From Dicyema japonicum (taxonomy: Eukaryota > Animalia > Dicyemida), in assembly GCA_011109175.1 (NCBI GenBank), contig RDEW01000001.1:152594-216593 (forward strand): 64,000 bases of DNA, given 5' to 3'. The position numbers and the translations under genes were made by a program. Of the stretch, positions 39,401 through 53,110 are shown one piece after another. The notes beneath the pieces were generated by a model. That model was not told where the DNA came from. It ran no database searches and saw only the letters and a list, made by a program, of their open reading frames with translations. Each line of letters opens with the position of its first letter. The stretch's first letter is position 1.

Positions 39401-39540
39401 AAAACATCATAGAGAAAAGAATCAATGGGATCCGACGATAAAAGATAACTAAATGGAGTGTGGATACATCGGAAGTGTCCAGGCCGCATAGGCGGACACG
39501 TTTAATATTCTAAAAAATAACTCCTTACTTACTTACTTTG
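36480..39540 (+). mobile_element. Jockey/CR1/I-like LINE, near full-length but multiply frameshifted
   Basis: INARSL, IINETK, VGDMNAKH, DIGSDH, APGYD, YRPISL, LDLSKAFDSVWH, GVPH.SVLSPLLFNI and YADD; ends in a (TTAC)n tail at 39524-39537. Confidence 0.9.
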
Positions 39541-39569
39541 GAATAAATTTGATTTGATTTGATTTGATT

Positions 39570-41640
39570 TGATAAATCTTCGGGAGAGGGCTTCAGAGCT
39601 GACTGCATTGGTCAGCACAGTGCATATGATGTTTTGATAGTAAATGAGACGAAGATCAAGAAGGGAAGTTCTTTTAAACTTAATGGATTTTCATCAATTG
39701 ATATTCCGTGGAAGAAGGGTTCTATTTCTGGAACTGGAACTTCGATTTATTATAAATCTAATTTGAATACGAAGATACCAAGAATTATTGAAGAAGATGT
39801 ATGTGAACTAGTCAGTGTGCAAATACAAACAAATATTGAATGGATAACAGTTGGAGGAATTTATTCTAAAGCTTACGTGAGTACCCTTGGATCATTGAGA
39901 AATTTTTTTAACGAAAACGTGAATCTGATTTTGGTTGAGGACATGAACGCAAAGCATGTTGATTATGGATTTGTTACAACAAATCAGGATGGAAAATGTC
40001 TTATAAAGTGGATGGAATCAGGAGAATTGAAAATTTGGACGTCAGCAGAAATAAATCACTATGCAACTTATAGTGGTGATAAACTTGGATTGTTCGTAAT
40101 GCCTCTGACGATGAGTGAAATGTGTGATTCTCCATATATCGAAAATGACATAGGAAGTGACCACATCCCACAAACGATTGAATTAAAAACTGGTCCGGTT
40201 TACACACGACATTTATTCATTGGATATGATGTCAGCAAAATTGATTGGAATCACTTCAATTTCTACATCAGGCTGAAAATTGGTAATGTTTGTGATTTGG
40301 GGATTTCGAAACCGGAAGATATCGACATTCTGGATAACAAAATAAGATCTTTGTTGTTAAGTTATCTGAAAAATTATGGAAAAAGAAAAAATCTGTTGCC
40401 GCAGGAAAATATGATAATAGGAGTAGAAGAACGCTCTTTACGTCAGGAGAAGAATAAGTTGGAAAATAAATTAGAGGTGTTGGGATATCTTCGACTCTCA
40501 AGAACTTAAAATGCAGATCAAGTTAGTGAAGAAGAAAATAATGGATGTTGTAAAGAAGAATGAAGAAAAAGTATGGAAAAAGAATGTTCAAAGTTACGTC
40601 GACAGAACCCAAAATTTTGGAAACTATATGCAAGAATGAATTCTCCCAGTAATAAGAATGAAGAAAATCTCTCAAGTCAGATGATGGTCTCACTTTCCAA
40701 AAGAAGAAATTCCAAATGTTTTACGTCAACAATTGTCCAAAATTCAAGAGATTGATCCGGCATCTTTTATTCGATAGAAGTACAAGATACAAGAAGTATT
40801 TATCAAATAAATTCGAACTGAGTGGTCCCTTGTGTCATCCTATAACGCTGGAAGAAATAAATGCTGCAATTAAGGGTTGCAAAAATAAAGCACCAGGGTG
40901 GGATTTTATCCCAATGAGTATTTTCAAGAACGCAGGCCCAATTTTAATTGAGTGCCTAAAAATATTATATAATTCTTCTTGGAGTTTTGGTCATGTTCCA
41001 GCTTATTGGAAACGAACAATTGTACGCATAGTTGTAAAAAAAGGAAAGCCAAGGTCAAAAGCAGATAGTTATAGGCCAATTAGCCTAGTCTGCTCAATAT
41101 CGAAAGTTATGGAAAAAATTGTTTTCATTTCTCTTGATAATCAACTGGGATTTCGGGACTGGAGATTGCTTCAAAGAGCTAAGATCTGCAATCAAAATTT
41201 CACGAAATAAAAAGGAATTTCTTACAATTTCCTATTAGGATTTCTAACCGCCTGGAATCAACGTAAACGCCCGACAGCCCAAATTACTGTTTAGCTTTTG
41301 AGGCTGCATTCTTATATACTTTTCTCTCTGCCAATCGGGCTACTGCTTTTTGTCTGAAATCCTAAAACCTTCATATTTTCTCTTTGAGACAACTTCCAAA
41401 GCTTGATGTGTGTGAGAAGAGTGCAATTTGACTCCCGCGTGGATGAACAATAAAAACTCATATGAAAATCAAAACTCCCGAAAAATGATCTTGCAAGGTT
41501 AAGATGCGGACATGATCAGAATCTCCGCTCATACTCGTATAAAACTGTTTACAAAAGGCCCAATCTGTCAAGTATGCAACTACACTTAAGAGACAACGGA
41601 ATATTTATGGAGGACATTTGGAAAAATCTGTTACTAGTTG
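39570..41640 (+). mobile_element. Related Jockey/CR1/I-like LINE lacking the RT core
   Basis: IVNETK, DMNAKH, DIGSDH, KAPGWD and YRPISL. After a deletion near 41230 a C-terminal RLRCGH-type segment follows at about 41500. Confidence 0.85.
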
Positions 41641-41953
41641 TTAACTTTCCTCGATCAATTGGGTTTTCACGCATTCATAACTCAAGGCCGAATAATAATA
41701 ACTCCATCCAAAATTGTCTTTAGCTATTCGATGTGTCGCCATTTTATAACTCCACAAAAATGAATCGAATTAGAGTTCTTTAACCATGGTACTAATATAT
41801 TTACCTCGATTAACGCCAGCTCGTATCGCAACATTGGTATCGCGGGTCATCTTCCAGGAAAACCGTTATGCATCCTTTTTGAAATATTTTTTATGGGTTA
41901 ATATCCCCTTTTTGCAAAAATTTAATTATATCTTCATTATTTTAAGCAGAATA

Positions 41954-42030
41954 ACCAAATGGAGGAGTGTACCAAGTGCAGGGCAAAGTCCTGATGGCCC
42001 CTGGTTCGAATCTCGGTGCTGTACATTCCG
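41954..42030 (+). mobile_element. tRNA-like SINE head
   Basis: Degenerate A box, then GGTTCGAATCTCGGTGCTGT, resembling GGTTCGAATCTCGCTGCTGT of the 19.6-kb SINE. No clean cloverleaf. Confidence 0.45.
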
Positions 42031-42524
42031 GTTAAGGTTTAGCGCATCTGCAATGTTTTGAATTGACGAGTGACATAAAGGACTCGCAACAAAAAGAAGT
42101 AGAGGGCATTTCATTATTCCCCCTTTCTACGATTAGTTATCATAGCTGTTCTTAATAAATGTGTGTCCATTTTGGCAGAGCTGTAGATTAATTAATTTAT
42201 TAACCCCGGATACACCGAGAAAGAAGTTAAAGCAAACAACTAATTAAGTGTATCCAGTTTCCACTTCTACAGAGTCCATCCGGAATCAGCATAAAAGGTA
42301 AGACGTCCATTACATGCAGTTGTGGAAACCCCTCCAGTGGAGTGGGGAAGAGCAAATGATCCTTTTTCATGCCGGCCTGGCACTGGGCGTCATCTAGACA
42401 GGTGGATTACATGACGCCACTCTAGTAAGAAGAGAGAGGAGGAACAGCCAAGCAAGCAGAAAACTTAAACCAATTGACCACGCAGCACCACATGGCGCCA
42501 CGCGGCGGTTAAATTTTTGTAGAT

Positions 42525-44425
42525 TTTGGGGTCCGCCCCATCGCAGTCGGCAACTATTTCAGAAGACTGACAGCGAAAATCGCATGCAGCATTGTCTGTC
42601 CGAGAATATCTTAAGAATTTTCCCCCCTCCAACTGGGGGTTAGTGTAAGGAACGGATGCGAGGCGGCAGTGCATGCTGCGAGGTGTTTTTTTGGATAGAA
42701 AGACGAACAAAATCCACACATTGGGGTCAAGCTGGACATCTGCAATGCCTCAATTCATTGAGGAGGGATCAAATTTTCGAAACTACAAGCAAACGAGCCC
42801 CGGAACTTATTCCACTTGTCTTCCTCGCTTACGGAACCAATTCTTCACTGGTTTTCGGGGACAAGATTATCTGTTCGGAGACCGGAGTTCAACAAGGGGA
42901 CCCACTTGGTCCACTACTCTTCGCTCTGACCATCGATGAAATTTTCGCTCTATAAACACACAACTAAACTTCTGGTATCTTGATGACGCCACGATTAGAG
43001 GGCCGTGAGAAAAGTTCACGACGTTCTGTTACATGCCGTGCTGGCACTACGAAACCTCGGACTTGAGATAAACATAAAGAAATCGGAGCTAAAAAACATC
43101 ACATACTCGGAGAGTGATTTTATCAACGTTGTGGAGTCTTTCAACTTGGTACTACCTGGAATTACTGTCGTACCTAGGGAGCGGATATACTTTCTTGGGT
43201 GCCAATTTGACGAAAAGAAACTGCGAAGCCATCTACTAACAAAAGAGGATGGACTCTCTAGAATCACGGGGAAACTTTCCTTACTCGATGGTCATACAGC
43301 GTTCTTCTCTTTGAAGAATAGCATCGGCTTGACCAATCTCCTATATGCTCTCCGATGTTCTCCCTGCTTCAAACATCGTGACATCCTCCTGTCACTGGAT
43401 AGGACATTGAGAAAATCAGCTGATTTGCTTCTAAACATCCACTTTGATGTGCCGAGCTGCAAGCTTCCTACACGCCTCGTAGGAACGGGTCTCAGGTCGG
43501 CGCTGGAGATCGCCTTTCCAGCATATGTGTCATCGCTCTCAAGTGGAAGCTTTTTGGTCCAAGATATCCTACGTTTTCCAACCGGACATTCTTGGGAAAG
43601 AGTCTTCGACGAAGCTCGTCGCGAATAGTGTGAAACTGGTTTGGATATGCCGAACGATCCTTCGAGGCAACGTGACTGGGATGATATCTACTCCAAGAAT
43701 ATCTTCGACGTGCTAAAGTCTGAGGTAACCAGCATCGTCTTGCTTGCCTCGTGTCCGCCGCCAACCATGGGAGCGGAGCGTGGGTGAATGCACTCTCGTG
43801 TTCTTCCCTGGGGACCCTTTTGGACGATGACTGTAGTTCGGATTGGGATCGCACAACGCCTGGGAGATATGTTTGCGTCGAACACCAATGTCGTTGTGGA
43901 GGGATCGTCGATGCCAAAAAGCTGCACCCGCTCTCGTGCTAAAGGAGTGCAGGTAGACCACCCCGCCATGCTGCTATGAACAACATTGGCAAAATTCCCG
44001 ACAGTACTGGAGCCTGTGGGATCGGACCGCGGAGACAGGAAAAAACCGGATGGGTTAACTATCTTTCCGTTCACTGAGGGAAAATTGCTCGTATGGGACT
44101 GTACTGTTGTGGATTCTTTCTCGAACTTGATGATACTCAGCTCGGCTCAGTCTGCTGGTTCGGAAGTCGATCTGGCCGAGAAAATCAAGATTAAAAAATA
44201 TGGCGAAATTGGATACCGCTACCGTTTTGTACTGGTAGCAATCGAGACGTCTGGTGCGGCCGTAAGTATTAGAGCCTCTTTCATAAAGGAAATCAAGGGG
44301 AAATTGGCCCACCGCAAAAAAAACGTGCGGGAAACGGTCTGGCTGAAGCAACGAATTGGTATCGCAGTTGTCCGCAGAAACGCTTACTCCGTGATGTCAT
44401 CAGCCGCTCTCCCTCAGAGGTAATA
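42525..44425 (+). mobile_element. CRE-clade non-LTR retrotransposon (RT + restriction-like endonuclease), 5'-truncated
   Basis: GVRPIAVG, GCEAAVHA, GVQQGDPLGPLLF, WYLDDATI, CRCG...HPLSC, KKPDGLT, LVWDCTV and VAIETSG; several frameshifts. Confidence 0.92.
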
Positions 44426-44499
44426 AATAATATTTTATTGTTAATAAATTTTTCATAATAATTTAATATTAAAAATAACCTATAAATAATAACCTATAA

Positions 44500-45392
44500 A
44501 TGACCTTATTTTTATGTGGACATGAATTATTAATTATTGTAATAAGTCCTGTAATTCTATATCAAATGGTTTATACAGATGTTGACTTTGGTCATTTAAA
44601 TAACTTTGATAGAACATGTAATTTATTATATTTAAATCCTTGGAATACACATAATAAAGCAATTTTAGGAGGAATTATTGAAGTAACATATATGAAAGAT
44701 CAAAAAGTTTGCAATTTTTATTAATATAGGACATGAGTTTCATATTTAATAAAGAAAATGCAAAATTATACAAAATTTCATTAGGAGATAAAATTGTTCT
44801 TATTTTATCATCACAAAATATTGATTTATATTTTACGTTTTACTTGGTCAATAGTAGGCAATATTACCTTGAAAAGATAGACTTATTTATTTGTAATTAT
44901 AAATATTCAATCGTAGATAATTCTGATAATTATACTATTGCACTTGATAGGCAATTGATTCATTATATAGAAGATTATGCTTGTCAGTTTATTATTAAAA
45001 AGTTTTCTTTCGATGTTTCACTCAATATTTCTTGTTTAAGAATCAAAATAATCAGTAATAGAGATACTAATGGATTTGGCTATCAAGGTTATTGTACTTA
45101 TTTATTTTTAGGGCAATATTGTGAAAATTCGACTTATAAGGCATTCTATCGAAATATTAGCCAAACTGAAATTAAATCTAAACTGTCTACTGAAAAATGA
45201 TAATTCCGAATATTAAACCCTCATATAGTAACCGGAAAGTAACACTCTCTTCTGCAAATAGCATTAAACCCCTCATATAGTCAACATAAAGTAATAATAT
45301 CTGTACTTTGCATTGTCGTTGATTTTCTGGCTTTTGTGTTGATAATCATGACAATTGTTTTATGCATAGAAGAGATAAATTTAGGTTATTAA
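44500..45392 (+). CDS. Family B predicted type-I membrane protein (two apparent frameshifts in the stalk)
   Basis: Hydrophobic N-terminus; introns 44707-44729 (23 nt), 44893-44916 (24) and 45088-45111 (24); TM segment VIISVLCIVVDFLAFVLIIMTIVLC in a shifted frame, stop 45390-45392. Confidence 0.7.
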
Positions 45393-45659
45393 CAAACACT
45401 AATTCATTTCTGGTAACTTATTAACATGAGAATTTTTGGTTTGTTGAATTAATTGATTATAATTAGGGCAAGTTGTTTCTAGCACTTAAAAAAAATTTTT
45501 TTAGCGCTAAAAAATCACAAAAATTCAGCAATTATAATTAAAAAAGTTAGCAATTAAAATGATAAAATCTAGCATTTAAATTTGTCAAATCTATAACTTA
45601 AAATAATAAAAACCATTCAAATTAACGTAACGAGTAAATTAACTAATTAATTAATTAAG

Positions 45660-48600
45660 CGTATTTTGATCCAGATTGTTGGTAATCCCTCTTCTTCTCT
45701 TAGAAGAAGAGTGTGCCATAACCTCCCTGTTACTCCGCATCTCCACATCATATTCAGTCAAAATATCTCCGTTAGAGTCCAGTGGGCTGTCTTCACAGCA
45801 TGTCAGTTCCGCAAGTTGGTAGTAGCAGAGGCGTACTCTTCATCGTATACCTTCATCCCATGCTTATGTTCAATGAGCATACTTTCGAGCGTTCTCTTCA
45901 GTACAACCGATTGGATGTAAGTCCTCGTTGATTCTTCAATAGATAATTTATCCATATGATTCTTGAAGCATCTTGAGACAACTCCATCCCATGTCAAAAC
46001 CACTGGAATAATCTTCACTTGGCATTCATAGAGCAGCGAAAGTTCATTTGCTAGCAAGTCAGTTTCTCAACTTCAACTTGCTTTAGTCGGTCTTGTGAGG
46101 TAATCCCCACTTCAATTAACGTTACTTCCTTCTTTATTTTGTCATACACGAAAATATCAGGTTTATTGTATTGGACTTTTGTTTCTGTCAAAATCGACGA
46201 GTCAACTCTAATTTCGACATTTTGATTCGTCAATATTGACTGAACCGAATGTCCTTTCAATTTCCTGCTTCTTTTGATTCCATAAATTCGACAAAGATGA
46301 AGATGGATGCACTTTACCACTTCATTATGTCTTCGGAGATAATCACTATTTAGCATTTTTCCACACTGAGTGGCCAAATGATCAACAGTTTTCTTGCTTT
46401 TTTTACAATGGTTGCATAATGACCCCGTGTGTGCAAAAAACAAATTCCTATCTTGCAAAAGACAGTACAATGCTTCGCTCCGTGGGCCGTTATTTCCTTT
46501 GGATAACCATTCTGAGGAAGTATATAGGTCGACATTTGTTTCATCAATACATTTGAACATAATTGAGTGTAGTGTTCTGCAATAAATTTTATTTAGTAAA
46601 TATTTTTTCTGAGTGTCCTTGAGGGACTTAATATCCATGCTTTCCCTGTCGGCAATTGCATATTTAGAGGCAAGAAATCCTGCGATTGTAGCCAAGTGCC
46701 ATTTTTTTGTTTTTATTACTCGCAGAATCCCCGACCTTCGCAAACACACAGTCGACTGTTTTTCCAAACTTTTAAAAAACTGGAAAAGTATTAATTCGCT
46801 CTTTAATGAAATCGAGGAAAGTCCTCTTCCAAAAGTCTTCCTGTCCAAATACAGCCTCTCTTTATTTGCAGGTTTGAGGTGCAACTTGAGTGACGTAAGC
46901 AGTTGCCGTATTTGTTGGTCAATATCATCAAATTCGTATGGTTCAATATTAATTAATCCTATATAATAGTTATATAGGGACATTGCGTATTCATTTATTG
47001 CGCGAAATAAGTTCACAGAATTTAACTTTGTTTTTGAAAGCATGGTTATTCTCTTCTTAACATTTTCAAGTATGGACTCCATAACTTTGCTTTTAAGAAC
47101 ATTACTTCCCTCATCTTCAAAAACACCCAAATATCGATATCCACTGACTCCTTCCAGATTCTCACAACATGATAACGATTTAACATTAGACAGTGACTTT
47201 TCCGAATTCATCTCCAAGCCGGCAACATGAAAGAAATCGCGAACAACTTCCATCATTTTAATAACAGTATCTTCTTTTAGCCCAAATATCTTTAGGTCAT
47301 CAATGAATAACAAATGATTTGTAGAATAAGTCAGTGTATTAGGATCCTCCTGATTAATTTGGAGTCTTGGGAACATAAAGTTAAGGGTCCTGCTCAAGGG
47401 TTCCATTACCATAACAAATAGTTGAGGGGATAATGAATCTCCTTGCAAAATTCCCCGTCCCAGTTTTACAGAACCAATTCTTCTTCCATCTAAGTGGAGA
47501 TTTACAGTCCACTTCTTGACTATGGTCTTTACAAAGTTTACAATCCAACGGGGTATTCCTGAGCAGTCCAATACATGAAATAAAAATTCATGGTCAACAG
47601 AATCAAAGGCCTTCTTCACATCCACCCAAGCAGAATAAAGGGCGTTTCCATACTCCTTATTTAAGCATTGATTAATAAGGGCCTGTTCCTTAGCGCCCTG
47701 ACAATGTTTCCTCGTTCCCAGCTGATTGTCAGATAATAGCCCAAACGAATCCACAAAATCTGAGAGTTTGGAATTAACACATTTGGTGATAAGTTTATAT
47801 AAAGTTGGCATACACGTGATAGGACGTAAGTCATTAGGAGTCTCACAATCATCCTTTTTAGGAATTAAATAGGTTATTCCAGTATAAAACCAACTTTCAG
47901 GCATATATTCCCCATTAATAATTCGGTTAATCTCAGTACATAAAAAGCCATGTAAAGATTCCATTTTCTTAATAAAGAAGTTATATGAGCCATCGCATCC
48001 ACACGCCTTCCAATCAGGGAGCCATTTAATAACATCCAGGATAAACTCATTTGTGAACTCTGGCAACATTCCTTCAATACCAGTATTTACTTTACCCACA
48101 CTGTCATATGGCACTTTCATCTCTTTTCTTTTAGACCACACTTTTTCCCAAAACGACATACAATCCTCATCATCGAAACCATATAACGTTACTTCATTGC
48201 TTGCTGATAGGTTCCGATAAAATCTTCTTCGATTTAATTCAAAACAACAGTTGTCCTTGCGAAAGTCCTTCCTCGCATGATGTACAGCTATTTGCTTTTT
48301 CTTAATTCTGACAAGGTCACATAGTAGAGCCTCAATCCTTGGCAACCTCCCCCTTTTTGGCCCTTTTGTATCCATAGGCACAAAGAACATCCATAACCTT
48401 TTGTTTTTCATACACAGGGAGAGCTTGTCTGGAAAAGCTATTGACAAGTTCTAGTTCTGCCATCAGCTTTGAGATTTTCTTTTCAGTGTTCTCCAACCAC
48501 GTACTTTGCGGTTTAACCTTCGCAGTTAAAGTCATATAAGCACACTGTGCAGCATATAGAATATCAGTAATTTGATTGATATCTTGAGGCGGATTATCTT

Positions 48601-48700
48601 TCGTAATATAATATATTGCAGAATTTAGTCCGACAAACATTAACTCTGACATACTTTCTCTGAATTTTGGGTGTTGGTTTTCGAGTTAACATTTAAATTT
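45660..48700 (-). mobile_element. R4/NeSL-like non-LTR retrotransposon (RT, CCHC knuckle, RLE)
   Basis: LRPITCMPTLYK, VDVKKAFDSV, GILQGDSLSP, LLFIDDLK, CNHC...HLATQC, RRHNEVV and KPDIFV...LIEVG; frameshifts near 48430 and 46060. Confidence 0.93.
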
Positions 48701-48939
48701 TATTTATTGTAATATAATAAAAGTTAATGCTTGATATTGTCTTGATGGAAGTTCCTATCTTTTTTAAATATTTTTAGCATTTTAATAGCTCTTTCAACAG
48801 ATGCATAGGATGCCTGACAACTTGAAAGAGAAAAATAATATTGTTGGCTAATTTTTGGTTTAGTCATTTCAATAATAAGTTTAAATCCATTTTCCTCCAT
48901 TCTTTTATTTATATAATTTTTGATATTTGCCTTGTCATT

Positions 48940-49290
48940 ATCAAAATGTAGTCTTTGTATAATAGTAATCTTCCATCATTTGATTGCAAGGAATCACTTC
49001 GTCCATTCTCAGAACATGTCCGATAAGTCGCCAGCGTGAGGTAATTACTTCTCTGCTTATCGGTTTGCATTTACATAATTTGTAGAGAGTGTCTTTTTTG
49101 ATAATCTGTGGCCATTTAATTCCCGCAATTTTTATCAATTGATTTCTATGAAATGTGTCTAGTCAGTAACGGTCCGTTTTTTGATGTTTCCCATGTTCCC
49201 GAGTTATATAATAGGACTGGTTGTATGAACGCGCTATATAAGCACATCCGAAGATTTAAGGCGATAAGTTTTCTGCGAGTCCAAATGCTC
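48940..49290 (-). mobile_element. RTE-clade LINE 3' fragment
   Basis: KIAGIKWPQII...RWRLIGHVLRM. Confidence 0.8.
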
Positions 49291-50805
49291 CACATCTTTT
49301 CGACGAAACTGTTATGGCTGCGACACCTGAGGTGCTAGAACTACTCAGACATAAACATCCATGTCCTCCGGAAGATTACCGCCCATTCGTGCTTCCGGGA
49401 AATTTGTCAAGGATGACCGTCACCGAAGGCGAAGTGCGACGCGGCATTTCATCTTTGCGGCGAGTAGCAGTGGAGGTATCGATGGCTTGCGGCCGGGTCA
49501 CATCAAGATCTTACGGCGGAGGCTACTGCAGAAGCTGGCTGCAACCTTGTCAAATCAATTACAAAACTGGTTATGCGTATTTTGAACGGAGATATTCCTC
49601 CCACGCAAGGGAGCTCTTTTCAGTGCACATTTATTGCCTTCAAAAAACCTGAAGGTGGGGTCCGCCCCATCGCAGTCGGCAACTATTTCAGAAGATTGAA
49701 TTTTCCCCCCTCCAACTGGGGTTGGTGTAAGGAACGGATGCGAGGCGGCAGTGCATGCTGCGAGGTGTTTTTTTGGATAGAAATTCGAACAAAACCCACA
49801 CATTGGCGTCAAGCTGGACATCTGCAATGCCTTCAATTCATTGAGGAGGGATCAAATTTTCGAAACTACAAGCAAACGAGCCCCGGAACTTATTCCACTT
49901 GTCTTCCTCGCTTACGGAACCAATTCTTCACTGGTTTTCGGGACAAGATTATCTGTTCGGAGACCGGAGTTCAACAAGGGACCCACTTGGTCCACTACTC
50001 TTCGCTCTGGCCATCGATGAAATTGTCCGCTATATAAACACACAACTTAACCTTTGGTATCTCGATGACGCCACAATTGGAGGGCCGTGGAGAAAAGTAC
50101 ACGACGTTCTGTCACATGCCGTGCCAGCACTACGAAACCTCGGACTTGAGATAAACATAAAGAAATCGGAGCTAATAAATATCACATACTCGGAGAGTGA
50201 TTTCATCAACGTGGTCGAGTCTTTCAACTCGGTACTACCTGGAATTACTGTCGTACCCAGGGAGCGGACATACTTTCTTGGGTGCCCACTTGACGAAAAG
50301 GAACTGCGGAGCCATCTACAAACAAAAGAGGATGAACTCTCCAGAGTCACGGAGAAACTCTCCTTACTCGATGGTCATACAGCGTTCTTCCTTTTGAAGA
50401 ATAGCATCGGCTTGCCCAAACTCCTATATGCTCTCCGATGTTCTCCCTGCTTCAAACATCGTGACATCCTCCTGTCACTGGATAGGACATTGAGAAAATC
50501 AGCTGAATTGCTTCTAAACATCCACTTTGATGCGCCGAGTTGGAACCAATGCAAGCTTCCTACACGCCTCGGAGGAACGGGTCTCAGGTCGGCGCTGGAG
50601 ATCGCCTATCCAGCATATGTGTCATCGCTCTCAAGTGGAAGCCTTTTGGTCCAAGAAATCCTACGTATTACAACCGGACTCTCTTGGGAAAAGTCTTCGA
50701 CGAAGCTCGTCGCGAATAGTGTGAAAATGGTTTGAATATGCCGAACGATCCTTCGAGGCAACGTGACTGGGATGATATCTACTCCAAGAATATCTTCGAC
50801 GTTGC
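49290..50805 (+). mobile_element. CRE-clade retrotransposon, second long copy (3'-truncated)
   Basis: LLRHKHP, GVRPIAVG, DPLGPLLF and WYLDDATIGG; very similar to 42525-43720. Confidence 0.92.
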
Positions 50806-51699
50806 TTTAGATTACAATGTATGAAGGAACATACAAGCTGTTGGAGTGATTACTATGAGGAGGTTACTTTAGATAGACATTGACTATAGTTAAACGAGAA
50901 CTTCAACTGATAAATTGAATGCATGTCTGAAAGCATTTTTATGGAATCACGTGTTAGTTTGGAGAGTACATATTTAAATAACTAGTTCATCCATAATTTA
51001 CACTATGTATTTGGTGTCGATAGTGTAATCGATCAGAAACAGCTATCTCTATTCTATTGAATTTTACAATTCTCTAAAAATTCAGTATTTCCGCAGCACA
51101 TCTTGTGTAGAGGATGTATAAAATACTATTCAAAGTTCTAAAAAACATGTTCGACAGAAGTCTGAAATTGGTTTTGTTCCACATGAGAGAAAGAAAACGA
51201 TTAGTCCTTACAGAGCAAACGACAAGACCTCACAACCCGACCTAACGCTTACTTCTCTAAAATCGCCGCTCTAAACAAGTGGTCAGTGATTTACTGAACT
51301 AGAAGTAACTGTAATCCAATTCTATCAAGTTCAATGAAAATATCGAATAAAGTTCATTTTAGTCCCGGACGGCAAACACGTCAACTAGAGAAGGTCTTCA
51401 TACTTCGTCCATTAATATTTTTATGCTTTTGACCAAACAACTTCAAAAACCTTGATAACTCATTATATTACTTCTATAGTGTAGTGCGTGGGAGAATAAG
51501 GATTTTTTTATCAAAAGAAATCCAATCCATTGCACGAAGAAATTTTCCGGCTCAACCAATACATTTACGAGGGAAAGAAATTGCTTTAAAGTACACAGAT
51601 TCATTCATGAGCCTTGGAGAGAGAGAGATCAGAAAAAAGACAAAGATGAAACAGGTGAGGGTTGTTTTAACCACATGTCCGCCCTAAGCAAACAGACCT

Positions 51700-52250
51700 C
51701 CCTAACTAGGATTTGGAATGCTCTTCGTGTCTTCAACAAATTTGTTAGGACCCCCCTTTGCAAAGACATGGAGCATGAGAATTTTTTAAACTAGATAATG
51801 AAACCTCAGCATGAAAAGAACCCTATGTGCTCAATTGACATAGGCTTTTGACTCGATTCCGAAGAAAGTACTCATTAGGAAAATTTTTGCTCTAACATTC
51901 TAAACAATTTGAAAATTCGCTCACAACTTCTTCAGAGGACGAAGGAAGAGTAAATGCAAGTTCCAAATATTTTGTAACTAAACGGGTCCCACAGGATCTT
52001 CATTTTCACCCATTATTTTCAATCTATTTATGAGTAATATGACTTCTCGTAGCAGCGACAACACTCTGGTCCTCGATATGCTGACAACATAATATAGCAC
52101 AAGAGACAGCGTGTTCACACAGCAGGTACCCGTTACTAGATTTACAACAACCTGAGAAGTTTGCTTGTGAGGAACCTATTATATGCAAACACTGAAATGT
52201 CTAGCACGATTATTTATACTTAAATAAGAAGACTAACACACTCGGTACAG
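51700..52250 (+). mobile_element. Degenerate LINE RT fragment
   Basis: caggatcttcattttcacccattattttcaatctatttatg encodes a QGSSFSPIIFNLFM-like motif; heavily mutated. Confidence 0.5.
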
Positions 52251-52705
52251 CATCATTGATAAATATAGAAAAAATTGCTTTAAAAACATGTGTCAATATT
52301 AAAAGAATTGTCACCCACAAATAAAAAAAGTTTATAATCATTTGAAACTTTCATTCAATAATACGGAAAAACTATTTAATTTAGGTTGTATTAATATTTT
52401 ATTAGCAAGTAGTATCCACAGACCTAATAGAATAAAGTCCAAATGGCTTTTTTGATGTTCTCAGATAATTTTTGTAGCCAGTCGGCGACCCGTGGCTGCA
52501 ACCTTCGTTTTTTCAACCATTATGCCAAAATATCTTTTTCATATTTGTCAGTTCGAAGACTAGTTCTGGTCACTGTGTGTAATGTCCCTTCAAAACTTCT
52601 CGAATATAGTAGCATCTTTTTAGCAAATTTGTGCAAAAGATGTAGACAATCGGCAATATATTGTTATAGGCTGTCCATTGATCCCGTTTTAGTATCCATA
52701 CTTTT

Positions 52706-53110
52706 TTAAAAACTCTTATTAGATAGATATAAGTCCATTGCGCTGCAGAAATCAACAAAGTAATTCCGAAAAATTGCTGAATCCTCACCATTCCTTCGTA
52801 TCCCTGCCTTCGCATTCAAATCACCACAGTGAATGTTAGAGAATATCTGGATAATATAATTCATGTTCCATACTTTGTGTAGGCGGTGATTCAAAAATAG
52901 ACTTATTCCAAAACCAAGGCATAGTGTCGGTTTTAGAGTAACAAAATATGTCTCCAGGTTCCGTCAACCCCAAAGGCACCTTAGTTTTTTGTAGACAGAA
53001 AAATCGGTTCTCTCCAAGCTGCTCTCTTTTCGATTGACAAGAAAGACCCTGAAGATTAAAAGATGCTATTTTTATTTGTGGAAAACGTAAAGCTTTGAAA
53101 TAAAGATTAA
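52706..53110 (-). mobile_element. RTE APE fragment
   Basis: IASFNLQGL, CLQKTK, CGDLNAKAG and DFCSAMDLYLSN, paralogous to 30112-31065. Confidence 0.7.
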
